The notes beneath the pieces were generated by a model that saw nothing but the letters and a program-made list of their open reading frames with translations, was not told the DNA's origin and did not search any database. A program made the translations under genes and the position numbers. 64,000 nucleotides of DNA from Myxococcota bacterium (GTDB taxonomy: Bacteria; Myxococcota_A; Polyangia; Polyangiales; Houyiibacteriaceae): positions 19,365 to 83,364 of the forward strand of contig JBCDFZ010000022.1 in assembly GCA_039177115.1 (NCBI GenBank), read 5' to 3'. Below are positions 7,629 through 17,174 of the stretch, one piece after another. Each line of letters opens with the position of its first letter. The first letter of the stretch is position 1.

Positions 7629-9062
7629 CTAGAGCTCTTTAACCTCGGTGATCAGGCCTTGGAGGATCTTCTTCGCATCGCCGAAGACCATCATGGTGTT
7701 GTCGTATTCGAAGAGCTCGTTCTTGATGCCCGCGTAGCCCGGGCTCAGGCTTCGCTTGACGACGAATACCGACCGAGCCTCGTGCGCGTTCAAGATCGGC
7801 ATCCCGGCGATGGGGCTTGTCGGGTCCTTCGCGGCCACAGGGTTCACCACGTCGTTCGCGCCGAGGATGATCACCGCGTCGGTGTTCTTGAACTCGGGGT
7901 TGATCACATCCATCTCGACGAGCTCCTCGTAGGGAACGTCGGCTTCCGCGAGAAGCACGTTCATGTGCCCCGGCATGCGGCCCGCGACCGGATGGATGGC
8001 GTACGTGACCTTCGTCCCCCGCGCCTTGAGCAGGTCGGACAGCTCGCGTACGGCATGCTGCGCCTGAGCCACCGCGAGGCCGTACCCAGGAACCACGATG
8101 ACCGACTCTGCGTTCTCGAGGATCATCGCGGCTTCCTCCGGGCCGCAGGACGTGACGCTGGTGTATTCGTCGCTGCCACCGCCGGTGGCCCCGTCCGCCA
8201 CACCGAACCCGCCGACGAGGACGTTGAGGAGCGACCGGTTCATCGCCACGCACATGATCTGGGTGAGGATGAGGCCGGCGGCGCCCACCATGGCGCCCGC
8301 GATGATCAGCAGCGGGTTGCCGATGACGAAGCCGGCCATCGAGGCTGCGAGGCCCGAGTACGAGTTGAGCAAGGAGACGACCACCGGCATGTCGGCCCCA
8401 CCGATCGGAATCGTCAGAAGCACCCCGAGGATGAGCGACCCTGCGGTCAGTGCGAGCAGCCAGACGACCGAGTCGCCCGACCCGGCCATGACGGCGACGA
8501 CCCCCGCGGCAATCGAGGCAAACAGGAGCCCGAAGGTGATCAAGTGCCGAGCTGGGAGCAGGATCGGCTGCCCCTTTCGGAGCCGCCCCTGCAGCTTCAG
8601 CAGCGCGATGATGCTTCCGGTGAAGGTGACGCCACCGATGAGCACCGACAGCATCACCGTGATCGACTCCGCGGTGCCGACCGCTTCGTAAACCTCGGCC
8701 GTGGTTTCACTCTCGACGGCTACGCGCCAATAGACCGAGCCTGCGACGAGCGCCGAAGCAATGCCGCCGAAGCCGTTGAACAGTGCGACCATCTCCGGCA
8801 TCGCAGTCATCTGCACGCGGATGGCAAACACGGCGCCGATCGCCGCGCCAACCACCAGGCCTCCGCCAATCCAGCGGTAGTCGACGACGCCCAGCTCGAG
8901 CAGGGCGCCCAAGATGGCGAACAGCATGCCGACGGCCGCGATGGTGTTTCCGCGCCGGGCTGTTTTAACCTTGGCGAGCTGTTTGATTCCGAAGATGAAA
9001 AGGACGGTCGACGCCAGATAGATGATCGGCACGACGGTCGAACGGATGACCTCGGTACTCAT
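7629..9062 (-). CDS. pntB: NAD(P) transhydrogenase subunit beta
   Basis: 477 aa. Polytopic N-terminus plus a C-terminal NADP(H) domain (VVPGYGLAVAQAQHAVRELSDLLKARGTKVTYAIHPVAGRMPGHMNVLLAEADVPY). Confidence 0.95.
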   Translation of the reverse strand: MSTEVIRSTVVPIIYLASTVLFIFGIKQLAKVKTARRGNTIAAVGMLFAILGALLELGVVDYRWIGGGLVVGAAIGAVFAIRVQMTAMPEMVALFNGFGGIASALVAGSVYWRVAVESETTAEVYEAVGTAESITVMLSVLIGGVTFTGSIIALLKLQGRLRKGQPILLPARHLITFGLLFASIAAGVVAVMAGSGDSVVWLLALTAGSLILGVLLTIPIGGADMPVVVSLLNSYSGLAASMAGFVIGNPLLIIAGAMVGAAGLILTQIMCVAMNRSLLNVLVGGFGVADGATGGGSDEYTSVTSCGPEEAAMILENAESVIVVPGYGLAVAQAQHAVRELSDLLKARGTKVTYAIHPVAGRMPGHMNVLLAEADVPYEELVEMDVINPEFKNTDAVIILGANDVVNPVAAKDPTSPIAGMPILNAHEARSVFVVKRSLSPGYAGIKNELFEYDNTMMVFGDAKKILQGLITEVKEL

Positions 9063-9353
9063 CTACTTCTTCTTCTTTCCGAACATGCGAAGCATGCGGT
9101 CCGTGACGAGGAAGCCACCGACGACGTTGATCGTGGCCGTGACGATGGCGACGAACCCGAGAATGTTGGCGATGGTCGGAGGCGCCGTGGTCGCGGCCGC
9201 CACGGCGCCCACGATGGTGATGCCGCTGATCGCGTTGGCACCACTCATGAGCGGAGTGTGAAGCGTTGGCGGTACTTTCGTGATCATCTCGAAGCCGACG
9301 AAGCTCGCCAGCACGAACACATAGATGCCGATGAGAAGGGGTCCCAGAGTCAC
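9063..9353 (-). CDS. pntA: NAD(P) transhydrogenase subunit alpha, membrane part 2
   Basis: 96-aa three-helix membrane protein (HTPLMSGANAISGITIVGA), directly abutting pntB as in split pntAA/pntAB/pntB operons. Confidence 0.9.
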   Translation of the reverse strand: MTLGPLLIGIYVFVLASFVGFEMITKVPPTLHTPLMSGANAISGITIVGAVAAATTAPPTIANILGFVAIVTATINVVGGFLVTDRMLRMFGKKKK

Positions 9354-9380
9354 CGTCGGTCTCCTTTCGTCGCGACCTGC

Positions 9381-10520
9381 TTACGCATCGAGGACCTCCT
9401 TCGTGGGTGCGTGCCGCACCTGTCCGTCGTGCGTGAGGAGCGCGCCGTCCGTAATTTCGTCCTCGAGGTCGAGCTTGAGCGCGCCCTCCTCGAGCATGTT
9501 GAGGATGAGCGCTTGGATGTTGCGCGAGTAGAGTAGGCTCGCGTCCGCGGGCGTGGTGGCGGGGAGATTAGGATGACCGATGATGGTCACGCCGGCCTCC
9601 GTCACCGTGTCGTTGTTCTTCGAGAGCTCGCAGTTGCCCCCGGCCTCGACGGCGAGATCGACGATGACGGCACCCTCTCGCATCTCTTCCACCATGTCCT
9701 TGGTGATCAGGCGCGGCGCGGGCCGGCCTGGGACGAGTGCAGTGGTGACGACCACGTCCGCGGCCACGACCTTCTCCCGAACGACCGCCTGCTGCGCCTG
9801 GAGCTGCTCGGGCGTGAGTTCGCGGGCGTAGCCGCCTTCCCCCTCGCCGCTCTCATCCATGGGAAAATCGATGAACCGGCCGCCGAGGGATTCGACCTGC
9901 TCTTTCACGGCGGGGCGAATGTCGGACACCTCCACGACGGCGCCGAGACGGCGTGCCGTGGCGATGGCCTGCAGCCCCGCGACGCCCGCGCCCATGATGA
10001 CGACCTTGGCGGGCTGGATGGTGCCGGCGGCCGTCATGAGGAGGGGGAAGTACTTGTCGAGCGTGGCGGCCGCCATCAGCACGGCCTGGTAGCCGGCGAT
10101 GGAGGCCTGCGAGCTCAGCGCGTCCATCGATTGCGCACGGCTGATCCGGGGGATGAGCTCCATCGCCACGCTGTTCACCTTCCCGTCTCGCAGCGCGCGA
10201 ATGGTGTCGTGGTTCTTGTGGGGGCTCAGGAACCCAATGAACAGCGCGCCTGCCCTGAGCCGCCCGGCCTCATCCGGGGTGAGCGGCGCCACGCGCAGCA
10301 CCACGTCGGCAGCGCCCCATGCCGATGCCGCTTCGTCGTCGCTGATGACCTTGGCGCCCGCTTCCTGGTAGTGCGCGTCCGTGAAGTGTGCGGGCAGCCC
10401 GGCGCCGCTCTCGACGTGGACGTCGAAACCTTCCTTCACGTAGCGCTTCGTCGTTTCTGGTGTGCAGGCGACCCGAGTCTCGCCGTCGGCGATTTCCTTG
10501 GGCACGAAAACCTGAGGCAT
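9381..10520 (-). CDS. pntA: NAD(P) transhydrogenase subunit alpha, soluble part 1 (AlaDH-like)
   Basis: 379 aa. MPQVFVPKEIADGETRVACTPETTKRYVKEGFDVHVESGAG and the Rossmann motif VVIMGAGVAGLQAIATARRLGA. Confidence 0.93.
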   Translation of the reverse strand: MPQVFVPKEIADGETRVACTPETTKRYVKEGFDVHVESGAGLPAHFTDAHYQEAGAKVISDDEAASAWGAADVVLRVAPLTPDEAGRLRAGALFIGFLSPHKNHDTIRALRDGKVNSVAMELIPRISRAQSMDALSSQASIAGYQAVLMAAATLDKYFPLLMTAAGTIQPAKVVIMGAGVAGLQAIATARRLGAVVEVSDIRPAVKEQVESLGGRFIDFPMDESGEGEGGYARELTPEQLQAQQAVVREKVVAADVVVTTALVPGRPAPRLITKDMVEEMREGAVIVDLAVEAGGNCELSKNNDTVTEAGVTIIGHPNLPATTPADASLLYSRNIQALILNMLEEGALKLDLEDEITDGALLTHDGQVRHAPTKEVLDA

Positions 10521-10700
10521 GCCTATCCTCCTGCGCGAGCCGGGCGGTCGAAAACCCGATAGTTTTGGTCAACAACCTGCCGTCCGCGTCCGCAGTTGTT
10601 AGTGGCGATCGAGCACGATGTCCAGCACCGGGTAAAAACGCACTTTTGCAGACCGTCGCCGCCTGCTAGATCCGGCGCCGGTAGCGAGGAGGTCCAACCG

Positions 10701-12701
10701 ATGGGGAACCCCGGGCAGCTCGATGAGCTCGCCGTCAAGACGATTCGTGGTCTGAGTATGGACGCTGTCCAGGCCGCCAACTCCGGTCACCCGGGTACTC
10801 CAATGGCCCTGGCCCCTCTTGGCTGGGCGCTGTTTTCGGCGATACGGCGCCACGATCCGAGTGACCCTGGCTGGGCGGATCGAGACCGCTTCGTGCTGTC
10901 GTGCGGGCACGCGTCGATGCTGCAGTACTCGCTTCTCCATTTGAGCGGGTACTCGCTTTCGCTCGACGACATCCGGAACTTTCGGCAGTGGGGGAGCCTC
11001 ACGCCCGGGCACCCCGAGTCGCATCTCACGCCGGGCGTAGAGACGACCACTGGGCCGCTGGGCCAGGGGATCGGCAACGGGGTTGGCATGGCCATGGCCG
11101 AGCGACAGCTGGCCGCGCGCTTCAACAAGTCCGATCACACCGTCGTCGACCATCGGACATGGGTCATCGCATCAGACGGTGACCTCATGGAGGGCGTCGC
11201 GTCGGAAGCGGCATCGTTGGCAGGTCACCTGCGCCTCGGAAAGCTGACGGTGTTCTGGGACGACAACAGAATCACCATCGACGGGTCTACCGACCTGTCG
11301 TTCACCGAGGACGTCGTTGGACGATTCGCCGCGTACGGCTGGCACACGCTGAGCGTCGACGACGGGAACGACCTTGCCGCGATTTGCGAGGCCGCCGAGG
11401 CTGCCGTCGCGGACGATCGCCCCACCTTCGTGCGGGTGCGAACCGTGATCGGGAATCCGTCACCCAACAAAGGAGGGACGTCGGCAGCCCACGGCGCGCC
11501 GCTTGGCGAGGACGAGATCATTGCCACCAAGCAGATCATGGAATGGCCCACCGACCCCTTCTTCGTGCCGGACGAGCTTGCGGCCGTCGCCGAGTCCGTT
11601 CGGCAGAGGGGCGCGGAGCAGCACGCCGCTTGGAAAGCCGGATTCGAGGCGTATCGGTCGGCGTTTCCGGAAGACGCGGCGAGGTTCGAAAGCGCGATGG
11701 CCGGTTCCCTGCCAGCAGGCTGGGACTCGGAGCTGCCGGTGTTCGAAGCCGATGCGAAGGGGCTCGCCACGCGCAAGGCGAGCGGCGCGGTCATCAACGC
11801 GCTCGCCAAGTCACTCGACGGGTTGGTCGGCGGGAGCGCCGACTTGGCCGGCTCCAACAACACCAACCTCAAGGGCTTCGACGACTTCGGCCCCGAGGGC
11901 GACGGTGTGCCTCGAAACGTCCACTGGGGCGTTCGAGAGCATGCGATGGGTTCGGCCATGAACGGCATGGCGCTTCACGGCGGCCTCATTCCGTTCGGTG
12001 CGACGTTCCTGATCTTCAGCGATTACATGCGGCCGCCCATCCGGCTCGCCTCGCTCATGGAGCTTCGAACGCGCTACGTGTTTACCCACGACTCGATCGG
12101 GCTCGGCGAAGACGGGCCGACCCATCAGCCCGTCGAACAGCTTGCGGCGCTTCGCGCCATTCCAGGCGTGGCGGTGTTTCGTCCCGGCGATGCCAACGAG
12201 GTTCGTGAGTGCTGGAAGGCGGCGATCGAATGGCACGGGCCGGCCGCGCTTGCATTGACGCGACAAGGGGTTCCGACCCTCGATCGCGATGCGTTCGCGA
12301 GTGCCGAAAAAGCCCATCGCGGCGCCTACACGCTTCGGGAGGCGGGGGGCGGCGGCCCGGACGTGATCCTCGTAGGGACCGGAAGCGAGGTGTCTCTTGC
12401 ACTCGAGGCCGCGGAGATGCTCGAAAAGGATGGCGTGAGCGTGCGCGTCGTGAGCATGCCGTGCTGGGAGCTCTTCGCGAAGCAGGACGAGAGTTATCGA
12501 GCCGAGGTTCTGCCCCGTGGACCGCGCAAGGTGGTCGTGGAAGCGGGGATCCGCCAGGGCTGGGACCGCTGGGTCGGGAACGACGCCGGTTTCGTCACCG
12601 TCGAGAAGTTCGGCGCTTCGGCTCCCTACCAGACACTCTACGAAGAGTACGGCATCACCCCCGCCCACATCGTCGCCGAAGCCAAGCGCCTCCTTTCCTG
12701 A
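10701..12701 (+). CDS. tkt: Transketolase
   Basis: ORF 10596-12701. The ATG at 10701 is preceded by GAGGAGG. DELAVKTIRGLSMDAVQAANSGHPGTPMALAPL and the ThDP motif GDGDLMEG-like (SDGDLMEGV). Confidence 0.95.
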   Translation: MGNPGQLDELAVKTIRGLSMDAVQAANSGHPGTPMALAPLGWALFSAIRRHDPSDPGWADRDRFVLSCGHASMLQYSLLHLSGYSLSLDDIRNFRQWGSLTPGHPESHLTPGVETTTGPLGQGIGNGVGMAMAERQLAARFNKSDHTVVDHRTWVIASDGDLMEGVASEAASLAGHLRLGKLTVFWDDNRITIDGSTDLSFTEDVVGRFAAYGWHTLSVDDGNDLAAICEAAEAAVADDRPTFVRVRTVIGNPSPNKGGTSAAHGAPLGEDEIIATKQIMEWPTDPFFVPDELAAVAESVRQRGAEQHAAWKAGFEAYRSAFPEDAARFESAMAGSLPAGWDSELPVFEADAKGLATRKASGAVINALAKSLDGLVGGSADLAGSNNTNLKGFDDFGPEGDGVPRNVHWGVREHAMGSAMNGMALHGGLIPFGATFLIFSDYMRPPIRLASLMELRTRYVFTHDSIGLGEDGPTHQPVEQLAALRAIPGVAVFRPGDANEVRECWKAAIEWHGPAALALTRQGVPTLDRDAFASAEKAHRGAYTLREAGGGGPDVILVGTGSEVSLALEAAEMLEKDGVSVRVVSMPCWELFAKQDESYRAEVLPRGPRKVVVEAGIRQGWDRWVGNDAGFVTVEKFGASAPYQTLYEEYGITPAHIVAEAKRLLS

Positions 12702-12803
12702 GGCCGGGGACGGGCGCTTTTTCGGCTGGTGGCTCCACCCCGACGCTGGCGCGAGCGGTGGGAGTCCACATTTTTCGCGGGTTCTGGTACTGATCCCGAT
12801 CCC

Positions 12804-14150
12804 ATGAAGCCCCTTGGGACGGTCGACACGAGTTTCCTGCTGGCTGAGAACCGCAGGATGCCGATGCACACGGCCGGCCTGCTGCTGTTCAGCTATCCCG
12901 AGGGCGAGCGAGAGGACTGGCTGCACGAGAGCCTGTCGAACATCACCGACCCCGAGACGGTGCAGCCCCCGTTCAACAAGAAACTCGCGTGGCCGCCTGC
13001 GCGTCTCGGCACGCCGCACTGGATTACCGATCACGACCTCGACTCGGACTACCACATCCGTCACTCGGCGCTGCCCAAGCCAGGACGGTTTCGGGAGATG
13101 TTCGCGCTGGTCTCGCGTTTGCACAGCGCTCGGCTGCATCGGGACCGACCTCTTTGGGAGGCGCATGTCATCGAGGGCGTGGAGGACGACAAGTTCGCCA
13201 TCTACATGAAGACTCATCACGCGGTCATCGACGGGGTTGGGTCCATGCGGCTCTTGCGCGAGTGCCTGTCGTCCGATCCCGAGAAGCGCGGAATGCCCGC
13301 GCCGTGGAACACGCCACGGCGTCCGAAGACGATCCCGCCGTCGCCTCCCGAGAGGCGAGGCGCGCTCGCTTCGACAGCAGGCGCCGTCCGAGGGCTCGCG
13401 CGCTACGCACGCGCCGTCGCTACGACCGACGAGCATGGGATGATCGGCCCCTTCGAAAGCCCGAACACGATGCTCAACGGGCGCGTCACCGGCTCACGGC
13501 GCTTCGTCGCGCAGTCGTGGAGCCTGAGCCGAATCAAAGAGCTCGGGCGAAAGCTCGATGCCACGATCAACGACATCGTGCTCGCCATGTCGGGCGGAGC
13601 GATTCGACGCTACCTCATCGACCAGCGGGCTCTGCCGGGTCGGCCGCTCACCGCGGCGACCCCGGTCTCGATTCGACCGGCCGATGCCGGCACCGAGGGC
13701 AACGCGTTTTCCGCAGTCTTCGTTACATTGGCGACGGAGATGGCCGACCCGCGCCAGCGCCTTGCTGCCATCCAGAGCTCGATGGGGCAGGCCAAGAGGC
13801 TGCTCCAGGGAATGAACAAGGCCGACATCCCGCTCTTCACTACCGCGATCTCGCTGCCAATCCTCGTGCCCCACCTGCTCCGGCTATCGGGCCGTAGCCG
13901 TCCGAGCTTCAACGTCACCGTGTCGAACGTCCCCGGGCCGCGCGAGACGCTCTACTGGAACGGAGCGCTCCTCGAGGGGATGTACCCGCTCTCGATCGTC
14001 AGTCACGGCCAGGCGCTCAACATCACGGTGACGAGCCTGGCGGACAGTCTCGACTTTGGAATCGTGGCCTGTCGCCGTTCGGTACCGAGCGCCCAGCGCT
14101 TGATCGACCACCTCGATGAGGCGCTCGCGGAGCTCGAAGCGGCTGCTTGA
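12804..14150 (+). CDS. Wax ester synthase/diacylglycerol acyltransferase (WS/DGAT) family
   Basis: Met at 12804. Catalytic HHxxxDG motif present as HHAVIDGVGS. The N-terminal TSFLLAENRRMPMHTAGLLLF and C-terminal NVPGP motifs are typical of the family. Confidence 0.88.
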   Translation: MKPLGTVDTSFLLAENRRMPMHTAGLLLFSYPEGEREDWLHESLSNITDPETVQPPFNKKLAWPPARLGTPHWITDHDLDSDYHIRHSALPKPGRFREMFALVSRLHSARLHRDRPLWEAHVIEGVEDDKFAIYMKTHHAVIDGVGSMRLLRECLSSDPEKRGMPAPWNTPRRPKTIPPSPPERRGALASTAGAVRGLARYARAVATTDEHGMIGPFESPNTMLNGRVTGSRRFVAQSWSLSRIKELGRKLDATINDIVLAMSGGAIRRYLIDQRALPGRPLTAATPVSIRPADAGTEGNAFSAVFVTLATEMADPRQRLAAIQSSMGQAKRLLQGMNKADIPLFTTAISLPILVPHLLRLSGRSRPSFNVTVSNVPGPRETLYWNGALLEGMYPLSIVSHGQALNITVTSLADSLDFGIVACRRSVPSAQRLIDHLDEALAELEAAA

Positions 14151-14159
14151 GCGGACGCG

Positions 14160-14657
14160 CTACGAAACCGCTGCGAGGGCTGCGTCGTAGTCGGGCTCTT
14201 GCGCGATCTCCGGGACCATCTCGGTATGGACGACCTTGTCGTTCTCATCAATCACCACAATCGCGCGTGCTGAGACCCCCTTGAGCGGCCCGTCAATGAG
14301 CTCCACGCCGTAGTCGTTCATGAAGCTTCCGCGGAACGTCGACACCGGGACGACGCCCTCGATGCCTTCGGCCGCGCCGAAGCGCTTCTGCGCAAACGGA
14401 AGATCGGCGCTGACCATCAGCACCACGACGTCGTCGAGGCCTGCGGCCCGCTGGTTGAAAGTGCGCGTCGCGACCTGGCAGACCGGCGTGTCGTAGCTCG
14501 GGTTGATCGAGAGGATTTTCTTTTTGCCCGCGAAGTCTGCGAGGCTCTTGTCCGCCATGTCGGTTCCGACCAGCACGAAGTCGGGGGCGTCGCTGCCGAC
14601 CGCCGGGAGATCGCCGTTGGTGTGGATGGGGTTTCCTTTGAGCGCCGTGGTTGCCAT
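14160..14657 (-). CDS. tpx: Thiol peroxidase (atypical 2-Cys peroxiredoxin)
   Basis: Internal Met of ORF 14160-15104 gives a 165-aa protein: MATTALKGNPIHTNGDLPAVGSDAPDF...SYDTPVCQ...VSADLPFAQKRF. Full-length Tpx signature. Confidence 0.93.
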   Translation of the reverse strand: MATTALKGNPIHTNGDLPAVGSDAPDFVLVGTDMADKSLADFAGKKKILSINPSYDTPVCQVATRTFNQRAAGLDDVVVLMVSADLPFAQKRFGAAEGIEGVVPVSTFRGSFMNDYGVELIDGPLKGVSARAIVVIDENDKVVHTEMVPEIAQEPDYDAALAAVS

Positions 14658-14740
14658 GGTTCTCCTTCTCGTTCTCCGCGCAGGCAGCGGGTAGGGCGAA
14701 GTTATAGAGACCCGCGGAGGAATTCCAAGCGGTTGCCACA

Positions 14741-14759
14741 GAAAAAGAAATTCATTATC
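14741..14759. promoter_or_regulatory. Fur/PerR-like box candidate (15/19 match to GATAATGATAATCATTATC)
   Basis: Read directly as GAAAAAGAAATTCATTATC. Ends 3 nt before the feoA ORF start and lies about 85-100 nt upstream of divergent tpx. Confidence 0.4.
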
Positions 14760-14761
14760 AG

Positions 14762-15004
14762 TTGCCCGTGAATGGTTCGCTTGCAGAGCTGCCCGTTGGA
14801 GAAAATGCCGAGATCGTGTCGGTCGCTTGTGACCGAACCGTGTCACGCCGGCTGATGGAGATGGGCCTCGTGCCGGGCACGGAGGTGCGGGTCGTACGCA
14901 TTGCCCCGCTCGGTGACCCCCTCGAGCTTCGCGTGCGCAACTACGCCTTGTCGGTACGGCGCGTCGATGCCGCGAAGATCGCCGTGACCCGGAGGGATGG
15001 GTGA
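14762..15004 (+). CDS. feoA: Ferrous iron transport protein A
   Basis: 80 aa. LAELPVGENAEIVSV...MEMGLVPGTEVRVVRIAPLGDPLELRV is the FeoA SH3-like domain. The start is TTG 14762 or GTG 14768. Overlaps feoB by 4 nt. Confidence 0.85.
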   Translation: MPVNGSLAELPVGENAEIVSVACDRTVSRRLMEMGLVPGTEVRVVRIAPLGDPLELRVRNYALSVRRVDAAKIAVTRRDG

Positions 15005-17166
15005 GCGCCGCGGCCACGCCTTCGATACTCATCGCGGGCAATCCCAACTCCGGCAAGAGCACGCTCTTCAACGCGCTGTCAGGCGGTAGCGCCCACGTCG
15101 GCAACTATCCCGGCGTCACCGTGGACCGGACGACAGCCAGCGTTCGGCTCGGGCAGAGCTCGGTCGAGCTGGTCGACGTCCCCGGTTCCTACAGTCTCAC
15201 GGCGAGCTCCCCGGAAGAGCAGATCGCCGTCGACGCCCTTATCACGTCCCAACCCGAGGCGGTGGTCTGCGTGGTGGACGCCACCACCCTGCAACGCGGC
15301 CTCTATTTCGCGCTTCAGCTCATCGAGTCGGGGGACAACGTCGTCGTCGCGCTCAACATGATGGACGCCGCGGAGCGCCTCGGCGTTCGGATCGACACGG
15401 AGGCGATGTCTGAGCGGCTTGGCGTGCCCGTCGTTCCTGTCGTGGCGACCAAGAAGCGCGGCCTCGACGAGCTACGCACGACGGTGGCTGACCAGCTCGA
15501 GGGGCGTCAGGCTGCCCAATCACCGCAAATCGCCTACTCCTCCGCGATCGAAGCCGATCTCGAGCGTCTGGTTCCCGCCGTGTCGAGCTGGTTGCCCGAC
15601 GCGAGTGGTCCGCGCGTTCGCTCCGTGGCGCTCTGGAGCCTTCTCTCCCTTGGCGAGGACAGCTTGGAGGGCGTGCCGGCAGCGGTTCGCGAGACCGTTG
15701 GTGAAGTACGACGGCAGGCGGAGTCCGCAGGCCGAAACGTCGATCTCGAGATCATTGGCGCGCGCTACCAGTGGATCGAAGCGCAGGTGGCGGCCGCCTC
15801 CACGGAACCCCCGCGATCGCGCACCATGAGCGAGCGTATCGACGCGGTGCTGACCCACCCGGTCAGCGGGATCGCCGTTTTCGCGGTGGTGATGTTCCTG
15901 ATCTTCGAAGCGCTCTTCGCCTGGGCGGATCCCGCGATCGGTGTGATCGAGGACCTCACTGCGTTTCTTCAAAGCGGCGCGGCCGGCTTGCTCCCAGAGG
16001 GGGTATTCCAAGACATGATCGTCGAGGGGGTGATTGCGGGGGTTGGGAACGTAGTCGTTTTCGCACCCCAGATCCTGATGCTGTTTTTGTTCATCGGGTT
16101 TCTCGAGGACTCCGGCTATCTCGCGCGCGTCGCGTTCGTCATCGATCGGGTCATGAAGGGGGTAGGGCTTCACGGAAAGGCGTTCGTTCCGCTTCTCTCC
16201 GGGTTCGCGTGCGCCATTCCGGCCGTCATGGCGACGCGGACCATCGAACGAAAACGCGATCGGCTCGTGACCATGCTCGCGCTGCCCCTCATGTCGTGTA
16301 GCGCGCGGCTCCCCGTGTACATCCTCGTGGTGGGTACCGTGTTCGCGGGCGCGACGCTTTGGATCTTCAGCGCCGGCGCCATCGCCCTCTTCGCCATGTA
16401 CACGCTTTCTGTGCTGTTCACGCTTCTGGCGGCCGCGATCATTCGGCGGACGGTGCTTCAAGGGCCGACGCCTTCCTTCGTCCTCGAGCTTCCTCCCTAC
16501 CGGTGGCCCTCCGCGCGGACGCTGTGGCTGAGCGCGTGGCGTCGTCTCAAGATCTTCCTCGTCGACGCGGGCACCATCATCTTGGCGATGACGGTCATTC
16601 TCTGGGTGCTTCTCTCGTTTCCGAAGTCTGACGCGATCACCACGCAGTACGACACCGAGCGCGCGATGGTCCAGGAGTCGTCGATTCCGCTCGAGGACAA
16701 GGCCGCGGCCATCGCCTCCCTCGACTCACAGGAAGCCTCGGCCCAGCTCCAATACAGCGCGGCGGGGCGGTTCGGCCACTTCATCGAGCCCGTCCTCCGT
16801 CCCATCGGGTTCGACTGGCAGATCGGAGTGGGCATCATCGGAGCGTTTGCGGCGCGTGAGGTCTTCGTTTCGACGCTTGGCGTGGTGTTCGGAATCGGCG
16901 ACGCCGACGAAGAAAACAGGCCCCTCCGAGAGGCGCTCCGGGACGCGCGTCATGCCGATGGCACGCCCGTGATGACCCCGCTCAGCGGAGTGTCGCTGAT
17001 GCTTTTCTTCCTGCTGGCCTGTCAGTGCATGAGCACCTTGGCGGTGGTGCGCCGTGAGTCCGGGTCCTGGAAATGGCCGGTGTTCCTGTTTACCTACATG
17101 AGCGTCCTCGCCTACACGGTGTCGTTCTTGGTCTATCAGGGCGGAAAGCTGCTCGGTTTCAGCTAG
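15001..17166 (+). CDS. feoB: Ferrous iron transporter B
   Basis: 721 aa. N-terminal G domain ILIAGNPNSGKSTLFNALSG and DVPGSYSL, followed by a polytopic permease domain. Confidence 0.95.
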   Translation: MSAAATPSILIAGNPNSGKSTLFNALSGGSAHVGNYPGVTVDRTTASVRLGQSSVELVDVPGSYSLTASSPEEQIAVDALITSQPEAVVCVVDATTLQRGLYFALQLIESGDNVVVALNMMDAAERLGVRIDTEAMSERLGVPVVPVVATKKRGLDELRTTVADQLEGRQAAQSPQIAYSSAIEADLERLVPAVSSWLPDASGPRVRSVALWSLLSLGEDSLEGVPAAVRETVGEVRRQAESAGRNVDLEIIGARYQWIEAQVAAASTEPPRSRTMSERIDAVLTHPVSGIAVFAVVMFLIFEALFAWADPAIGVIEDLTAFLQSGAAGLLPEGVFQDMIVEGVIAGVGNVVVFAPQILMLFLFIGFLEDSGYLARVAFVIDRVMKGVGLHGKAFVPLLSGFACAIPAVMATRTIERKRDRLVTMLALPLMSCSARLPVYILVVGTVFAGATLWIFSAGAIALFAMYTLSVLFTLLAAAIIRRTVLQGPTPSFVLELPPYRWPSARTLWLSAWRRLKIFLVDAGTIILAMTVILWVLLSFPKSDAITTQYDTERAMVQESSIPLEDKAAAIASLDSQEASAQLQYSAAGRFGHFIEPVLRPIGFDWQIGVGIIGAFAAREVFVSTLGVVFGIGDADEENRPLREALRDARHADGTPVMTPLSGVSLMLFFLLACQCMSTLAVVRRESGSWKWPVFLFTYMSVLAYTVSFLVYQGGKLLGFS

Positions 17167-17174
17167 GGTACGCC

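Noticed and set aside
7497-9536. 679-aa ORF on the plus strand
   Set aside because: It is entirely antisense to pntB/pntAB, which have unmistakable conserved motifs. The composition is D/E/R/H/G-rich low complexity, typical of shadow ORFs in GC-rich DNA.
11811-13436. 541-aa ORF on the minus strand
   Set aside because: It is antisense to tkt and the WS/DGAT gene. It has no motifs and is Arg/Pro-rich, so I treat it as a GC-driven shadow ORF.
14658-15104. N-terminal extension of the tpx ORF (314 aa in the track), and similar extensions of trxB (to 19823), ku (from 39581), NUDIX (from 54308) and proS (to 24956)
   Set aside because: The extensions are Arg/Pro-rich, overlap neighbouring genes or promoters, and precede internal starts that reproduce the canonical N-termini of the families.
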